Counted from the first letter of the stretch, positions 1 through 10,912 are shown. The stretch is 64,000 nucleotides of DNA from an uncultured Spirochaetota bacterium (GCA_963820525.1 CAWGAA010000001.1:384001-448000), one strand, 5' to 3'. Numbers and translations: made by a program. Notes: generated by a model not told the origin, from the sequence alone.

Positions 1-25
1 GCCGTCTCCCGTTGAGCTTCCTTCA

Positions 26-403
26 ATGACGAGAATGAGCGATGAGAAGCTCCTCGCGCTCCCTGATGCGCCCGGCGGTGGGGAAAGCGGTACCCTGCTT
101 CACGAAGACCCATCGTATCCAGCCCGCGACGCGCGCAGGTCCATTGTCGGCGCCCTCCTGGACGAGTGGATGGAGTCACTCGAAGCGGGCCTCTCCGCCG
201 TGAAGCTCAAGGGCGATGCACGCGAGCTGGCGCGCTCCCAGACGCTCCTTTCACTCGCCTACTACATCGAGGCCCGGCTTCTCGCCGAGGCCAGGAGGAA
301 GGTGCGCCTGGGAAGGTTGACGGAAGCCCGCGGCCTGGCGGTCGAGCTGATCGAAGGCTCGCTGTTGTTTCTGCGAGCGCTGCGGGAGAAGCTGGGTACA
401 TGA
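26..403 (+). CDS. hypothetical protein (start may be ATG 35)
   Basis: 125-aa helical-looking ORF whose stop overlaps the next ATG (ATGA at 400-403). Confidence 0.55.
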   Translation: MTRMSDEKLLALPDAPGGGESGTLLHEDPSYPARDARRSIVGALLDEWMESLEAGLSAVKLKGDARELARSQTLLSLAYYIEARLLAEARRKVRLGRLTEARGLAVELIEGSLLFLRALREKLGT

Positions 404-2088
404 CGGGGACCCTTGAGGGAAACCTGGAGGCGCTGGCCGGCGTCGATCCCGAGCTGGCTGAAAGGCTCTCCGCCTGCCCTCCGGCCCGAGGATTCTCTCT
501 GCTCGAGGCGAAGAATGGATCGCCCGTTCCCGCCATCCAGGGGCAGTCGAGGCCTCTCGCTTTTCACTCGACCGTGGATCCCCAAAGGGAGGGACGACGG
601 ATTCGCGAGCAGTATCCCGGCGCAGGGTTCGTGGTCTTTCTGGGGCTCGGAGGAGGATACCAGATTTCCCCGTTTCTCGCTGATGTCGAGATATCAGGCA
701 TCCTGATCGTAGAAACGGATGCTTCCCTTGTGAAGTCTATCCTGCAGGCCGTGGACCTCTCCCGAATCCTGGCGGACGAGCGCGTCCGTCTCCTGGTTGA
801 CCCTCTCGAGGGAGGCGTGGAGAACGCCCTGCTCGCCACCTACCTTCCCTCCGTGATGGGCAACCTGGCGAGCGTCCCTCTGGGCAGCAGGCTCGAGATG
901 GAAGGCGCGTTCTTCGCTTCGGTTTCCCGGGGGATCCAGAGCGCGGCATCTCGGATCGGCGCCGACTACGCGGCTCAGTCGCGCTTCGCGAAGCGCTGGC
1001 TTGCCAATACGCTCGCCAACCTTCCAACCGCGGAGTCCGCAGCGCTTTCCCTGGAGGGAAGGCCGACCGTAATGATAGCCGGCGCCGGTCCCTCCCTCGA
1101 CGCGCAGCTTCCACTCATTCGCGCCCGCAGGGAGGGGGCGCTTCTCATCGCCGCTGATACCGCCCTTCCCGCTCTCCTGGGAGGCGGAATCATCCCCGAC
1201 CTCGCGATCTGCATAGACTGCCAGCACTACGGCTACCACCACGCGCTTTCGGCCCGCGACGGCTCCCGTGCCGTCGAGGATGTGGCCTTCCTCATCGACC
1301 TCTCCTCCCCGCACCTCCTCGCGCGATCGGCCGCGAAACACGGCTACTTCGCCGGCGGACATCCCTTTTCGCGCTACATCCGGCGCCACTGGAGACCCTT
1401 TACCGCGCTTGACACGTCAGGGGGAAGCGTTGCGCATGCCGCCGTCTCGCTCGCTCTTTCACTCGGAGCCCGGCAAATCATCCTCTATGGGCTCGATTTC
1501 TCGTATCCCGACGGCAAGCCTTATGCCCGCGGCACCTACCTCTCCAGCCTCTTCGATTCACGGTCGAGCAGGCTCATGCCCGCGGAGTCCTCTTTCATCG
1601 GAATGGTCTTCCGCTCCAACGACGTCATGACCGATAGGATCCCGGGCGGATTGAGGTACACCACTCCCCTCCTCCTTTCCTATCGCCAGGAAATGGAAAC
1701 GCTCCTTTCCAATTCTTCAGTGAGGGTCACCGCGGCTCCGGGAAGGGGACTCGAATTATCCCTGGGCAAAGGCCCCGAAGCGGCAGCAGGGGCCAAGCGC
1801 GGACACGGCACCGTGGAAATCTGGAATACGCCGCAGAGGCCGAAGGAGTCGTGGCGGGCTTTCCTCGAGGGCTATCGATCCAGGCTTGCGGCTCTTCCGC
1901 CCCCATCGCGGCCCGCGGGCGCCTATTGTCGAAGCCTCACCCCTGATCAGAGGGAGATCCTGGCAACAATCCTTCCCCTGGTTCCCTGCATCGAACGGGA
2001 AACGAGGGAAAGCTCGGACAGGGCGAGCCTTTTGGAGCAGGCAAGAGAGTTGACGCTCGAGCGCATCAAGCAGGCGCTCGACGAATAA
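400..2088 (+). CDS. motility-associated factor (Maf / DUF115, MptE-like) glycosyltransferase family protein
   Basis: Motifs FHSTVDPQREG, FLGLGGGY, IAGAGPSL, LYGLDFSY; ATG 400 coupled to the upstream stop. Confidence 0.8.
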   Translation: MTGTLEGNLEALAGVDPELAERLSACPPARGFSLLEAKNGSPVPAIQGQSRPLAFHSTVDPQREGRRIREQYPGAGFVVFLGLGGGYQISPFLADVEISGILIVETDASLVKSILQAVDLSRILADERVRLLVDPLEGGVENALLATYLPSVMGNLASVPLGSRLEMEGAFFASVSRGIQSAASRIGADYAAQSRFAKRWLANTLANLPTAESAALSLEGRPTVMIAGAGPSLDAQLPLIRARREGALLIAADTALPALLGGGIIPDLAICIDCQHYGYHHALSARDGSRAVEDVAFLIDLSSPHLLARSAAKHGYFAGGHPFSRYIRRHWRPFTALDTSGGSVAHAAVSLALSLGARQIILYGLDFSYPDGKPYARGTYLSSLFDSRSSRLMPAESSFIGMVFRSNDVMTDRIPGGLRYTTPLLLSYRQEMETLLSNSSVRVTAAPGRGLELSLGKGPEAAAGAKRGHGTVEIWNTPQRPKESWRAFLEGYRSRLAALPPPSRPAGAYCRSLTPDQREILATILPLVPCIERETRESSDRASLLEQARELTLERIKQALDE

Positions 2089-2126
2089 GGCGGCTCACCG
2101 GCGAGCGGCTCCGCCATACATCCGCT

Positions 2127-2996
2127 TTATTTCTCCGTGGAGGCTTCCTCTCGATCCGGGCCGCCCGGGGAGGGGTAGACTATAGCCGCGTAGCCGACAA
2201 AGGATTCCGACGGATGCACCTCGTGGCTGGTCATGTACTTCACCAGCTTTCCCTCGGCGCACCCCATTTCGCGGGCGAAGCTCATTGCCGCCACGGCGCC
2301 TCCCACCGAGCACGCCGACCTCTCCCTGAGAGACCTCTCGATGGCGGCGTCCACGTCCATGGCGAGGAGGCTCTCGATAAGCCGCCGATCGTTGATGTCC
2401 CTCACCCACTTCAAGGCCCTCTCGCCGCTTCCCGCGGGTTCGAAGCCGTAGTTGGTGCCGTAATGGGTGAGATCCGTGGAGCCGACCACCGCGATCCTCC
2501 TGCCGATGGCGCGGGACGTCTCCGCGAGGGTCCGGCCCAGCTTCTCGGCATCCCGAGAAGGAGAGGCGCGCACGGCGAGAACCTTGACCCCGGGGAGCAC
2601 GGCACGGACGAAGGGCAGCTGGACCTCGACCGTATTGTCGGCGTAGCGGTCCTCCAGAATGTCGAGCTTCTCCCGCAGCCTTTCCAGGAGCTCTCCATCC
2701 GCCTCGATCGTGCCGAGGGGGGTCTCGTAGCCTTCCTCGAAAGCGCACAATAACCCGTCAGAGGGGCCCAGATGTCCGCCGATAATAACGATGGAATCGA
2801 TGGATCGCACGATACGGGAAAAAACCCCAAGGGCGAGAGCTCCGGAGAACTCCCAGCCCGCATGCGGCGCTACCCCGGCACAGGCGGCGGGCGGACCCGG
2901 CCGAACGCTCGCGAGCATCTGTTCAATCGCATCGCGGGTCTGCTTCGCCGTTGCGGGATACCACCCCGGCGGAAGGTACCTCTTACGCACGCGCAT
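2127..2996 (-). CDS. AmmeMemoRadiSam system protein B (MEMO1 family)
   Basis: GWYP, APHAGWEFSG, EVQLPF, STDLTHYG, SFVGY motifs; GGAGG upstream of ATG 2996. Confidence 0.9.
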   Translation of the reverse strand: MRVRKRYLPPGWYPATAKQTRDAIEQMLASVRPGPPAACAGVAPHAGWEFSGALALGVFSRIVRSIDSIVIIGGHLGPSDGLLCAFEEGYETPLGTIEADGELLERLREKLDILEDRYADNTVEVQLPFVRAVLPGVKVLAVRASPSRDAEKLGRTLAETSRAIGRRIAVVGSTDLTHYGTNYGFEPAGSGERALKWVRDINDRRLIESLLAMDVDAAIERSLRERSACSVGGAVAAMSFAREMGCAEGKLVKYMTSHEVHPSESFVGYAAIVYPSPGGPDREEASTEK

Positions 2997-3094
2997 GGGT
3001 TCCTCCGCCCACATGATACCGGAGAATTCAGGTTTGGTCTATGAACACGCCTCCCGTCGGGATATAGTGTGACCGATAGCGCAGGAGATGTTGC

Positions 3095-4465
3095 ATGGCA
3101 AAAGCGGCCCCGTACGTTTTTCTCGGCTTGAGCATCCTCTTTTTCCTGTTCCTGGTCGGGCTGACGGGCTTTCGGATCGAAACCACGCGGCAGGCCGATA
3201 CGGCGCTGGCCGAAAGCCGGACCCGTGAGCTTCTCGAGCTCGCAAAAACTCTCGCCGATTCCAGCGGAGGATTCCAGTCGCCCCATTTCAAGCAGAAGAT
3301 GCGCGAAATCTTCTCCGAGGAGCCCCGTCTGCTCCTGCTCACCGTCCATTCCCCGACCGACGGCATCCTCTACCTCATCACCCGCAACAAATCCTACGTC
3401 AAGGAGCCCATGGAGATAACGGCAGGCTGGCGGGGAGTCCCCATCTACCAGGTGAGCCCCGGCTATGAGATGCTTTTCACCCAGTCGTTTCCCGCTCCCG
3501 AGGATACGACGAAGCTCGACGCGCTTTTCGTCATTTTCGGAAGGGAAGATCTCTATCCGATCGTCAGGGACGATCTTTACCTCGTCCTCGCTTTTCTGAT
3601 TGTCTGCGGGATCTTCATCTTGATCGCTGCCGCCTCCAGCGAGGGGAACGCCGGCTCCGCCCGGGGCTACCCGGCTGCGCCTCCCTGGCCCGCCCCACCT
3701 TCCGTGTATGTCCCACCGGCGCCCCCTTCAGCGCCTCCTGCGGCCCCGGATATGGGGCCCGCTTCGCCGCAGAACTTTCGCGCCGGGACTGCGCCTGATT
3801 CCGCCTCTCACGACGACTGGCCTCCCTGGGGCCCCCATGAGCCCTCGGCTGACGGCAGACCAGCGGCCGAGGCAGCGCCGGCTCCTGTGCTCGAGAGCGC
3901 CCCCGAGGAGGTCGAGCCTGAGCAGGAGCTGCCGAAAGAAGTCGAAGCGTACCCCAAATCCCTCGTTTCTCCCGTAAGCGGCCTCGTCTGGGCCGAGCAT
4001 TTCGAGGCGCGGCTTGTCAATGAGATCCAGCGGGCGGCCGCGTCCGACGAGGACCTGACGGTTGCGATTCTCGAGATCGACAATCCTCCGGGCCCCAGGG
4101 AACTCCCGGCGGTCTATGCCGGCATTGCCGGTCTCTTGAAGAACGAGTTTCCCCTGCATGACCTGATCTTCGAATCGGGAGGGACCGGGTATGCCCTCAT
4201 CCTTGCCGAAACCGATGTCGATCAGGCGGTGCGCGCCCTCGAGGGAGTCAGGAAAAAAGCGGCGGACACTGAGCTTGCGGGCAAAAAGCGCACGCTCTCC
4301 ATCGGAGCGAGCTCCCGCGGGGGAAGGCTGATAGACGGCCCCATCCTCAGGGAGGAGGCTCTCGTGTCGGTGAGAAAGGCGGCATCTGAAGGCGGAAACC
4401 GCGTCATCGGTTTCAAGGCCGACCCCGCCAAGTTCCGCGAAGCTCTCAGCGGGCTTGAGGGCTGA
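3095..4465 (+). CDS. membrane protein with Pro-rich linker and degenerate C-terminal GGDEF-like domain
   Basis: Two TM segments, P/A-rich linker, C-terminal SGLVW...RL..EI.RA...LTVAILEID...LSIG pattern without a GGDEF motif; AGGAG RBS. Confidence 0.7.
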   Translation: MAKAAPYVFLGLSILFFLFLVGLTGFRIETTRQADTALAESRTRELLELAKTLADSSGGFQSPHFKQKMREIFSEEPRLLLLTVHSPTDGILYLITRNKSYVKEPMEITAGWRGVPIYQVSPGYEMLFTQSFPAPEDTTKLDALFVIFGREDLYPIVRDDLYLVLAFLIVCGIFILIAAASSEGNAGSARGYPAAPPWPAPPSVYVPPAPPSAPPAAPDMGPASPQNFRAGTAPDSASHDDWPPWGPHEPSADGRPAAEAAPAPVLESAPEEVEPEQELPKEVEAYPKSLVSPVSGLVWAEHFEARLVNEIQRAAASDEDLTVAILEIDNPPGPRELPAVYAGIAGLLKNEFPLHDLIFESGGTGYALILAETDVDQAVRALEGVRKKAADTELAGKKRTLSIGASSRGGRLIDGPILREEALVSVRKAASEGGNRVIGFKADPAKFREALSGLEG

Positions 4466-5438
4466 GGGATTCGCGGGAAGCCAGGGCCTGCTCCACGCGC
4501 CACTCGGGCGCGAGATAGACATACTTGCCAACGGCCAGCGCCGATGGGTACTGGTCCCCTGACACCCGTTCTCCAATAAAGAGCGTGAGCTCCCTGTTGT
4601 CGCTTGTAGAAAGAATGATCGTCGCCCGCGGGCCGGATGAGAGCTTCGTCGCGGCGCCCACCGACGAGTCGAAATCGTTTCCCTCCAGGGAAAGCACGGA
4701 CCGGACAAGGCTCTGCACCTTCGCGTCGTCCGCGGTCGAGCCCGCCTGCCCGCCGAAGCTCCATGCCGGTCTTCCCCGCTGGTCCTGGCCTTTGACAAGC
4801 GTGTAGTCGAGGACCCGAACTCCCTTTGTCCCCGAAAGCGCAAGCCTGCTCCTGACTGAAATCCGGATGATGTCATCCGATTTGAGGCCATCGGGGAAAA
4901 TCTTCAAGTTCTCCCAGAAGCGCTTGTCGGTCGTTATGTACGGCGAGAGGGAGTCTCCCGTCTCGTAGACTTCCCAGCCGTTTCCGACGCGCAGGTACCT
5001 TCCCTTCCCGGTGGCGCCGGTCTTCCCCGCGGTGAGCTGGCACAGTGTTTCTCCCGTGCCACCCGTCACCGTGAGACGAACCGTATCGGCTCCGCTTAGG
5101 CCGAGGCTGGAAGCCGCCTCCTCGCTTCGCGTGACCAAAGTGCCCCTCGTGAGCCGGGAAAGCTCCTGGAGCAGGTCCGATACGTGAGTCTTCGAAGCAG
5201 GGAAAAACGCTCCATCCGCCTCGAGCGCCCACTCGCCATCCCGGGAGAGCAGGGTCTTCCCGCGCGAATCCGAAAGCTCGATCCTTCGCGCCTCCGACTG
5301 CTTGAATCCGGGAACGAGAAGCGCTTCAGTGGCGGCCGCATTGAGGCGCTCCGCGGAGAAGATCTCCCCCAGGATGAACACGGCGAGGAGCGCGGCGGCG
5401 ATGGAGCCGAGCAGGATCACCTTCTTATTGAACGTCAT
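4446..5438 (-). CDS. DUF4340 domain-containing protein
   Basis: N-terminal TM anchor (MTFNKKVILL), ATGA overlap with the gldG-like stop, usual position after gldAFG-type genes. Confidence 0.75.
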   Translation of the reverse strand: MTFNKKVILLGSIAAALLAVFILGEIFSAERLNAAATEALLVPGFKQSEARRIELSDSRGKTLLSRDGEWALEADGAFFPASKTHVSDLLQELSRLTRGTLVTRSEEAASSLGLSGADTVRLTVTGGTGETLCQLTAGKTGATGKGRYLRVGNGWEVYETGDSLSPYITTDKRFWENLKIFPDGLKSDDIIRISVRSRLALSGTKGVRVLDYTLVKGQDQRGRPAWSFGGQAGSTADDAKVQSLVRSVLSLEGNDFDSSVGAATKLSSGPRATIILSTSDNRELTLFIGERVSGDQYPSALAVGKYVYLAPEWRVEQALASRESLSPQAR

Positions 5439-7054
5439 GGCTTCTCCCTCACCTCCAGCCGTTCGCCCTTTTTCCGCCTCCTCATGGCGAGCCGGATGAC
5501 GCCGAAGGCTACGACGAGCAGCGGAACGAGTGCAACGTTGATGAGCTGGCTTACGAGCATCGCGCGGGATTTCAATGCCGGATCCGCGATCCCGTTCAGC
5601 CGCAGGTCCACTTGGGAGCGCGTCTTTATTGCGAGAAGGTCGTCTTCCCGCGCGAGCCATTCGGCGCAGTTTGAAAGGAAGGCGAGATTGTAGCTGGCCT
5701 GGGTATACTGCACCATGTCCGAGGCGAAATCCGCGTCTCCCACCACCACGAGGCGCGTATCGGGGCTTTTTCCGCGCATGACGGCAGACCGTGGTTTTTC
5801 GCCCGTTCTGGTGGGAGCCGGCCTTCCCTCGAAGAAGCTGGTAAAGGTGCCGGAAAGCGTCAGGGCGAGCGTGTACTGCCCCCGCTGCCCGGTGTCCTGC
5901 ATCACGGGAGTGTTGGAAAGCGCCGGGTTGGTCTCGAATCTGTCCTTCATCACCCAGGCGTTCGGCGATGTGGAGACGAGGGTCTCCGCCTTCACACCCT
6001 GTCTCTCGATCGGCTCGAGCGGTGACGGCCAGTAGAGGTCCAGGCCGGCGAATCGGGCCGTAATGGGATTGGTCCGCGAGACGGTGGCGCCGGAGACCGC
6101 GATCCAATGGGGGTAGTTGACGACCATGATCTGCGTTGGAGTCAGCCGGAACTGGATGCGTTGATTCACGCTGTCCAGCACCAGCTCGTCCTTGACCCGA
6201 ACGCCGTACGCGGCCAGCATGTCTGAAACCGCCGTGTCGGCCACTTTTGTGGCGCGGAGCTGCTGCGCGAGGTCCACGTCGATGCTGTCCACGGCGAAGA
6301 GCGCCTTGCCGCCGCCCATGATGTACTGGTCCACGGGCAAAAGGTCATACTCGTCCAGGTCGCGGTTTCCGATCACGAAGAGGGCCTGGATGCCCGGGGG
6401 AATCTCCGCTCCGGGCTGAATCGGCTCCACGCGGAATCGGGGCTGAAGCTCCTGCATGAGGTAGCGGTAATCCCTGTCCAGGCTCTTCCCCTTGTCTCCC
6501 AGGAGAATGCCGATGGATCTCTCCTGCTTGGTTTCCAGGGACCTTATCTTCGAGGAGATCTCGTATTCGAGCGTTCCCACGTCGGATACGAACGGAAGCG
6601 TCTGATAGCTGTCGAGGTACTGGATCACGACGCCGGAGTACACGGTTGCGACGTTGACCTCCTGCTTCTCCACCACCTGCATCTGCTGGGCAACGATTCC
6701 CAGGCTTTCCAGGTTGCGGGGCGTCTTCGATTTTCCCGGATCCACCACGGCGAGGTCTATCTTTCCCCGGGAGTAGGTGGCGTATTCTCCCAGCATGTCC
6801 TTGATCTGCTGGGGAAACGAATACCTGCTGGAGAGCTTTTCCGAGACGTAGTAGGTGATGGTCACGTGCTCCGGCAGCTCCCGGGCGATCTTCTTGGAGA
6901 CATCCGAGATGGAGAACATCCTGTTCTTGCTCACGTCGAGCCGGACGAAGAATCTCCCGGCGTCGAGGGCCGCCAGCACGATCACCGCGACAACCAGGAG
7001 CGTGACGAGAAGCTGCTCCCTTTTCTTCCTCTCTCCCTGAGCTTTCACGACCAT
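5435..7054 (-). CDS. GldG-family ABC transporter auxiliary component
   Basis: RLDVSKNRMFSIS, LEYEISSKI, DQYIMGGGK, LVVVGDADF, C-terminal TM. Confidence 0.85.
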   Translation of the reverse strand: MVVKAQGERKKREQLLVTLLVVAVIVLAALDAGRFFVRLDVSKNRMFSISDVSKKIARELPEHVTITYYVSEKLSSRYSFPQQIKDMLGEYATYSRGKIDLAVVDPGKSKTPRNLESLGIVAQQMQVVEKQEVNVATVYSGVVIQYLDSYQTLPFVSDVGTLEYEISSKIRSLETKQERSIGILLGDKGKSLDRDYRYLMQELQPRFRVEPIQPGAEIPPGIQALFVIGNRDLDEYDLLPVDQYIMGGGKALFAVDSIDVDLAQQLRATKVADTAVSDMLAAYGVRVKDELVLDSVNQRIQFRLTPTQIMVVNYPHWIAVSGATVSRTNPITARFAGLDLYWPSPLEPIERQGVKAETLVSTSPNAWVMKDRFETNPALSNTPVMQDTGQRGQYTLALTLSGTFTSFFEGRPAPTRTGEKPRSAVMRGKSPDTRLVVVGDADFASDMVQYTQASYNLAFLSNCAEWLAREDDLLAIKTRSQVDLRLNGIADPALKSRAMLVSQLINVALVPLLVVAFGVIRLAMRRRKKGERLEVREKP

Positions 7055-7764
7055 TTCCTCCGTATCAGGACCTGCGTGTTGAGGAACAGGAAGAGCGCCG
7101 CTGCCAGAACGTAATAGGAGACGTCGCGGGAATCAATGATGCCCTTCGTGAAGCTTTCGTAGTGCGGCCCGAAGGCCATCGCGGAAAGCGTCGCGGCCAG
7201 CCATCCCGGAAGATTCGCCACCGAGCCGGCCTGGCCCGCGAGGGTGAGGGCCAGCAGGGTGATGCCGCAGAAGATGTACGAGCTCACCTGGTTGGCGGAG
7301 AGCGAAGAGATGAACAACCCCACGGATATGCCGCAGCAGCCCACCAGGAACACGCCGATGTACTGCCCGACGATCTGTCCCGCGTCGAAGGCGCCCAACG
7401 GTGCAAGGGACAGCGGGAGCGGAACGCTTAAAGCCATCATGATGAGCACGAGGAGCGCGGCGCCGATGAACTTGCCCGCCACGACCTCCCCCTCGCGGAA
7501 CGGGAGGGTGAGGAGGATCTCCAGCGTTCCCGACTTCCTCTCCTCGGCCCACGAGCGCATCGTGAGGGCGGGGATGAGGAAGACGAAGACCGTGGGGATG
7601 ATGCCGAAGTACAGCCGGAGGGACGCCTCGTTGTGGACGAAGAACTGGTTGAGGTAGAAAAGCCACACCGAGGTGAAGACGAGATACGCGATGACCACGA
7701 TGTACGCGATCGGCGAGTTGAAGTACGATGCAAGCTCTTTTCTCACCACGGGCGATATTCTCAT
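7045..7764 (-). CDS. GldF-like ABC-2 permease
   Basis: RKELASYFNSPIAY, TMRSWAEERKSGTLEILLTLP, KGIIDSRDV. Confidence 0.9.
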   Translation of the reverse strand: MRISPVVRKELASYFNSPIAYIVVIAYLVFTSVWLFYLNQFFVHNEASLRLYFGIIPTVFVFLIPALTMRSWAEERKSGTLEILLTLPFREGEVVAGKFIGAALLVLIMMALSVPLPLSLAPLGAFDAGQIVGQYIGVFLVGCCGISVGLFISSLSANQVSSYIFCGITLLALTLAGQAGSVANLPGWLAATLSAMAFGPHYESFTKGIIDSRDVSYYVLAAALFLFLNTQVLIRRKWS

Positions 7765-8714
7765 TGCGCCGGCCCTCCCTCCCCATCGGTGAGCTTGATG
7801 AAGATGTCCTCGAGGCTGAGCCTCCGGGGGACCATGGCGAGAATCTTGGCCTGCCGGGCAACCGCCCAGTCGAAGATTCTTTCCTCCGCGCCGCCATCCG
7901 GCGAAAGCGAGAGCCGGATCAGCACGCTGTCCCGGGGCGTCCTCTCCTCAGAGATCACCTTGCGGACTCCTTCCACTTTCAGGAGCTCGTCCCCCGCGGG
8001 GGCGGCCCCGCTCATGCGCAGGGTGAGGTCGAGGAGCACCTCTCCGCGCAGCTCCCGCTCGATCTCCTCGCGCGTGCCCTGCGCCACGATCCTCCCTTCG
8101 TTGAGGATGAGGATCCTCTGGCAGGTTGCCTCGACCTCCTGGAGGATGTGCGTGGAAAGGATCACCGTCTTTTCCCTGCCGAGGCTCCTGATGAGCTCAC
8201 GGATCTCCACGATCTGGTGGGGATCCAGGCCCGTAGTCGGCTCGTCGAGGATGAGGATGCGGGGATCGTGGAGGATCGCCTGGGCGATGCCCACCCTCTG
8301 GCGGAAGCCCTTGGAAAGATCGTCGATGTCGCGGTATATCACGCTTTCCAGGCCGCATTCGCCGATGACGCGCTGGAGCCTTTCCCGCTTGCGCTCGCCC
8401 ACGAGCCCCCGCGCATCCGCGATGAAGTCGAGGTATTCGGCCACGGTGAGGTCCGTATACAGGGGCGCATTCTCCGGCAGGTATCCCACGGCGCTCTTCA
8501 CGTCCAGCGGATCCTCGAAAACATCGAATCCCGCCACCCGTGCGGTCCCCGCCGTCGGGAAGAGGTAGCAGGTGAGCATCTTCATGATCGTCGTCTTTCC
8601 CGCGCCGTTGGGGCCGAGAAGCCCGACGATCTCTCCCGTATCCACGGAGAAGGAGACGTCCCGTACCGCTTCCACAGGCCCATAGCTCTTCGAAAGGCCT
8701 AGTGCTTCAATCAC
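7761..8714 (-). CDS. GldA-like ABC transporter ATP-binding protein
   Basis: Walker A GPNGAGKT, LSKGFRQR, LDEPTTGLDP; AGGAGG RBS. Confidence 0.92.
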   Translation of the reverse strand: MIEALGLSKSYGPVEAVRDVSFSVDTGEIVGLLGPNGAGKTTIMKMLTCYLFPTAGTARVAGFDVFEDPLDVKSAVGYLPENAPLYTDLTVAEYLDFIADARGLVGERKRERLQRVIGECGLESVIYRDIDDLSKGFRQRVGIAQAILHDPRILILDEPTTGLDPHQIVEIRELIRSLGREKTVILSTHILQEVEATCQRILILNEGRIVAQGTREEIERELRGEVLLDLTLRMSGAAPAGDELLKVEGVRKVISEERTPRDSVLIRLSLSPDGGAEERIFDWAVARQAKILAMVPRRLSLEDIFIKLTDGEGGPAQ

Positions 8715-8812
8715 GAGCCTCTATCCTCCTTTTTCGGAGTCCGGTAACTGTAGCGTAAAAGGCGGCTTTGAGGCAACACGGGACAGTTGGCCTCGGCCCA
8801 GGCCAGAAGGTT

Positions 8813-8838
8813 GGGCCGGAGGCGTGAGCCTCCGGCCC
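8813..8838. terminator. GC hairpin downstream of the Liv binding-protein gene (possible terminator or stabiliser)
   Basis: GGGCCGGAGGC-GTGA-GCCTCCGGCCC perfect 11-bp stem just past the stop at 8847; no clear U tract. Confidence 0.5.
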
Positions 8839-8846
8839 GCCTGCTC

Positions 8847-10003
8847 TTACGGCCTTACTTCCTTTACCAGGATCTTTTTTCCGCCGGCGATCTTGAATAT
8901 ATAGACCGGTTTGTTGGTGGGAATGTCGTTTTTCATATCCCAGCTGAACATGATCCCCTGGAAACCCTTCACGTTGGCGCAATACTCGGCGATCTTCCTG
9001 CGCTCGTCGGAAAGCTTCGCTGGATCTCCCGTGACGCCCGTCTTTTCGATCGCCTGCTTGATCATGTAAAGCGCATCGTAGTAGTTGGTGGAGAGGCTCG
9101 GGGGAGCTCTCCGCTGTGGTCCTTCATATATGCCTGCTTGAAGGCGTTCCACCGGGGAGTATCGATGTTCGGGTCTATGTAGTTGTAGATCTCCGCTCCG
9201 TCGATGGCGCTTCCGCCGATGGAGTAGAGATCGGGAGCGTCCCCGCTGGAGAACACCAGGAGATGGTCCAGCTTCGTCCATCCCCGGTTCTGCATTTCCA
9301 GGATGATCTTGGCGATCTTCTGAGGGTTGCAGACAAAGATGACGGCATCGGGCTTCTCCGAGAGGGCCTTCACCACGAGAGGCCCGAAGGTGACCGCATC
9401 CGTGGGAACTTCGATGTTCGAAAGCACATTCACGCCGGCCTGGCTCACTCCCTTCGCGTGCGCCGCCGCCATCCCGGGCCATGGGCCGTAGGGCTCCACG
9501 AACTGGATCACGCTCTTCACGTCGGGAAGCAGCTTCACCCAGGCCGACACGACCATCGCGAGGGCATCTTCTGTGGGTGGGAACCAGGAGATCGACCAGG
9601 GAAAGTATTTCTCCGCATACTCCAGAGAGGTCGTGGCCGTAAATGACATCATCCTGTTTTCCACGGCAATCGGCATGGCGGCCTGGATGACCGGCTCGGG
9701 GACGGGTCCCATCGCCACCAGGGCGTCCTTCACGATCCGCGCCATCTCAACCGAGCCCTTCTGGGCGTCCAATCCCGTGTCTATGCGAACGATCTTTACC
9801 GGCTTTCCGGCGATGCCGCCGGCTTGATTTATCTCCGAAGCCGCCCGTTCCGCCCCCCACATGAGATACTCGCCGATGCTCGCGATGGGGCCCGTAAGAC
9901 AGTCCAGGAACGGGATCTGCCATTCGGTTGCCGCCACCCGCGGCTTGCAGCCCAACAGGGCCACGAGCGCAAGAAGAATCACGGATGCCCAAGCCTTTTT
10001 CAT
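8847..10003 (-). CDS. branched-chain amino acid ABC transporter substrate-binding lipoprotein (LivK-like), frameshifted near 9100-9104
   Basis: Lipobox LLGC, LTGPIASIG, INQAGGIAGK; the C-terminus (YDALYMIKQAIE...GFQG) continues in another frame after a C5 run. Confidence 0.85.
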
Positions 10004-10024
10004 ACAACCTCCTTCTCTTCGTTC

Positions 10025-10903
10025 TTATTTCACACGTCGCTTTATGATGAGTCCCTCTATTCTATGGACAAACCGTCTCGTGATCATTCCCTCGGGCTTG
10101 ACGGCGATCACGAGGACCAGGATCGCACCATATATCACTATCCGCCAGGATGACAACCCGGGCGGCAGGAGGAAGGGAAGCCCGTACAGCGCGGGGGCCG
10201 CGACGAGCGCGCCCCATTGGGTGGCGTATCCCCCCACGAAGAGGATCGTCATGAACGTGCCCAGGAGGGAGAAGCCGAAGAAATCGAGGCTGATGCTTTT
10301 GTAGATGAAGGCGTAGAGAACCCCGCAGCCACCCGCGATGGTGCAGCTTGAAATCTGGAGGGCCGCGGCGAGCCTCTTGACGTCTATCCCCAGAGACGCG
10401 GCGAGGGTGCGGTCCGCGAATGCCGTGCAGGCGGCTCGCCCCAGCCGCGATCGATCGAACCTCCAGATGAGAAAGCCGACGGCGAGCAGGAAGAGGGCGA
10501 GGATCGAAAGAAGGGTCACCCGATGCGCGGCCGGGCTTCCGCCGATGTCGGGAAGGCCGAACATGCCAAGGGTGCCGCCCACGGCCGCAAGATTCTGGAT
10601 GACCGTCCGGGTGATGGTGATGAAGGTGAAGCCTACGATGACCACGGCGAAGGTCGGAGCGTCGGCGATGAAAAGGGAGACAAGCGCGCCGATGCCAGCT
10701 CCCGCGGCAAAGCCGGTCAGAAGCGCCACGGCGAACGGCGCGTGGAATGTCGCGACAAGGTACGCGGCCGCGTAGCCCGAAATCGTCATAACGGCGATTG
10801 TCAGGAAGTGGAGCTGCGCGACACGGTAGGGAAGGTACAGCGCCCAGCACATCAGGACGTCGACCGCGGTGATGGCCAGGAAGTAATACAGCGGCAGCGG
10901 CAC
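10025..10903 (-). CDS. livM: branched-chain amino acid ABC transporter permease (LivM-like)
   Basis: Multi-TM; GGTLGMFG, SRLGRA, KPEGM. Confidence 0.8.
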   Translation of the reverse strand: MPLPLYYFLAITAVDVLMCWALYLPYRVAQLHFLTIAVMTISGYAAAYLVATFHAPFAVALLTGFAAGAGIGALVSLFIADAPTFAVVIVGFTFITITRTVIQNLAAVGGTLGMFGLPDIGGSPAAHRVTLLSILALFLLAVGFLIWRFDRSRLGRAACTAFADRTLAASLGIDVKRLAAALQISSCTIAGGCGVLYAFIYKSISLDFFGFSLLGTFMTILFVGGYATQWGALVAAPALYGLPFLLPPGLSSWRIVIYGAILVLVIAVKPEGMITRRFVHRIEGLIIKRRVK

Positions 10904-10912
10904 GGGATCCCC

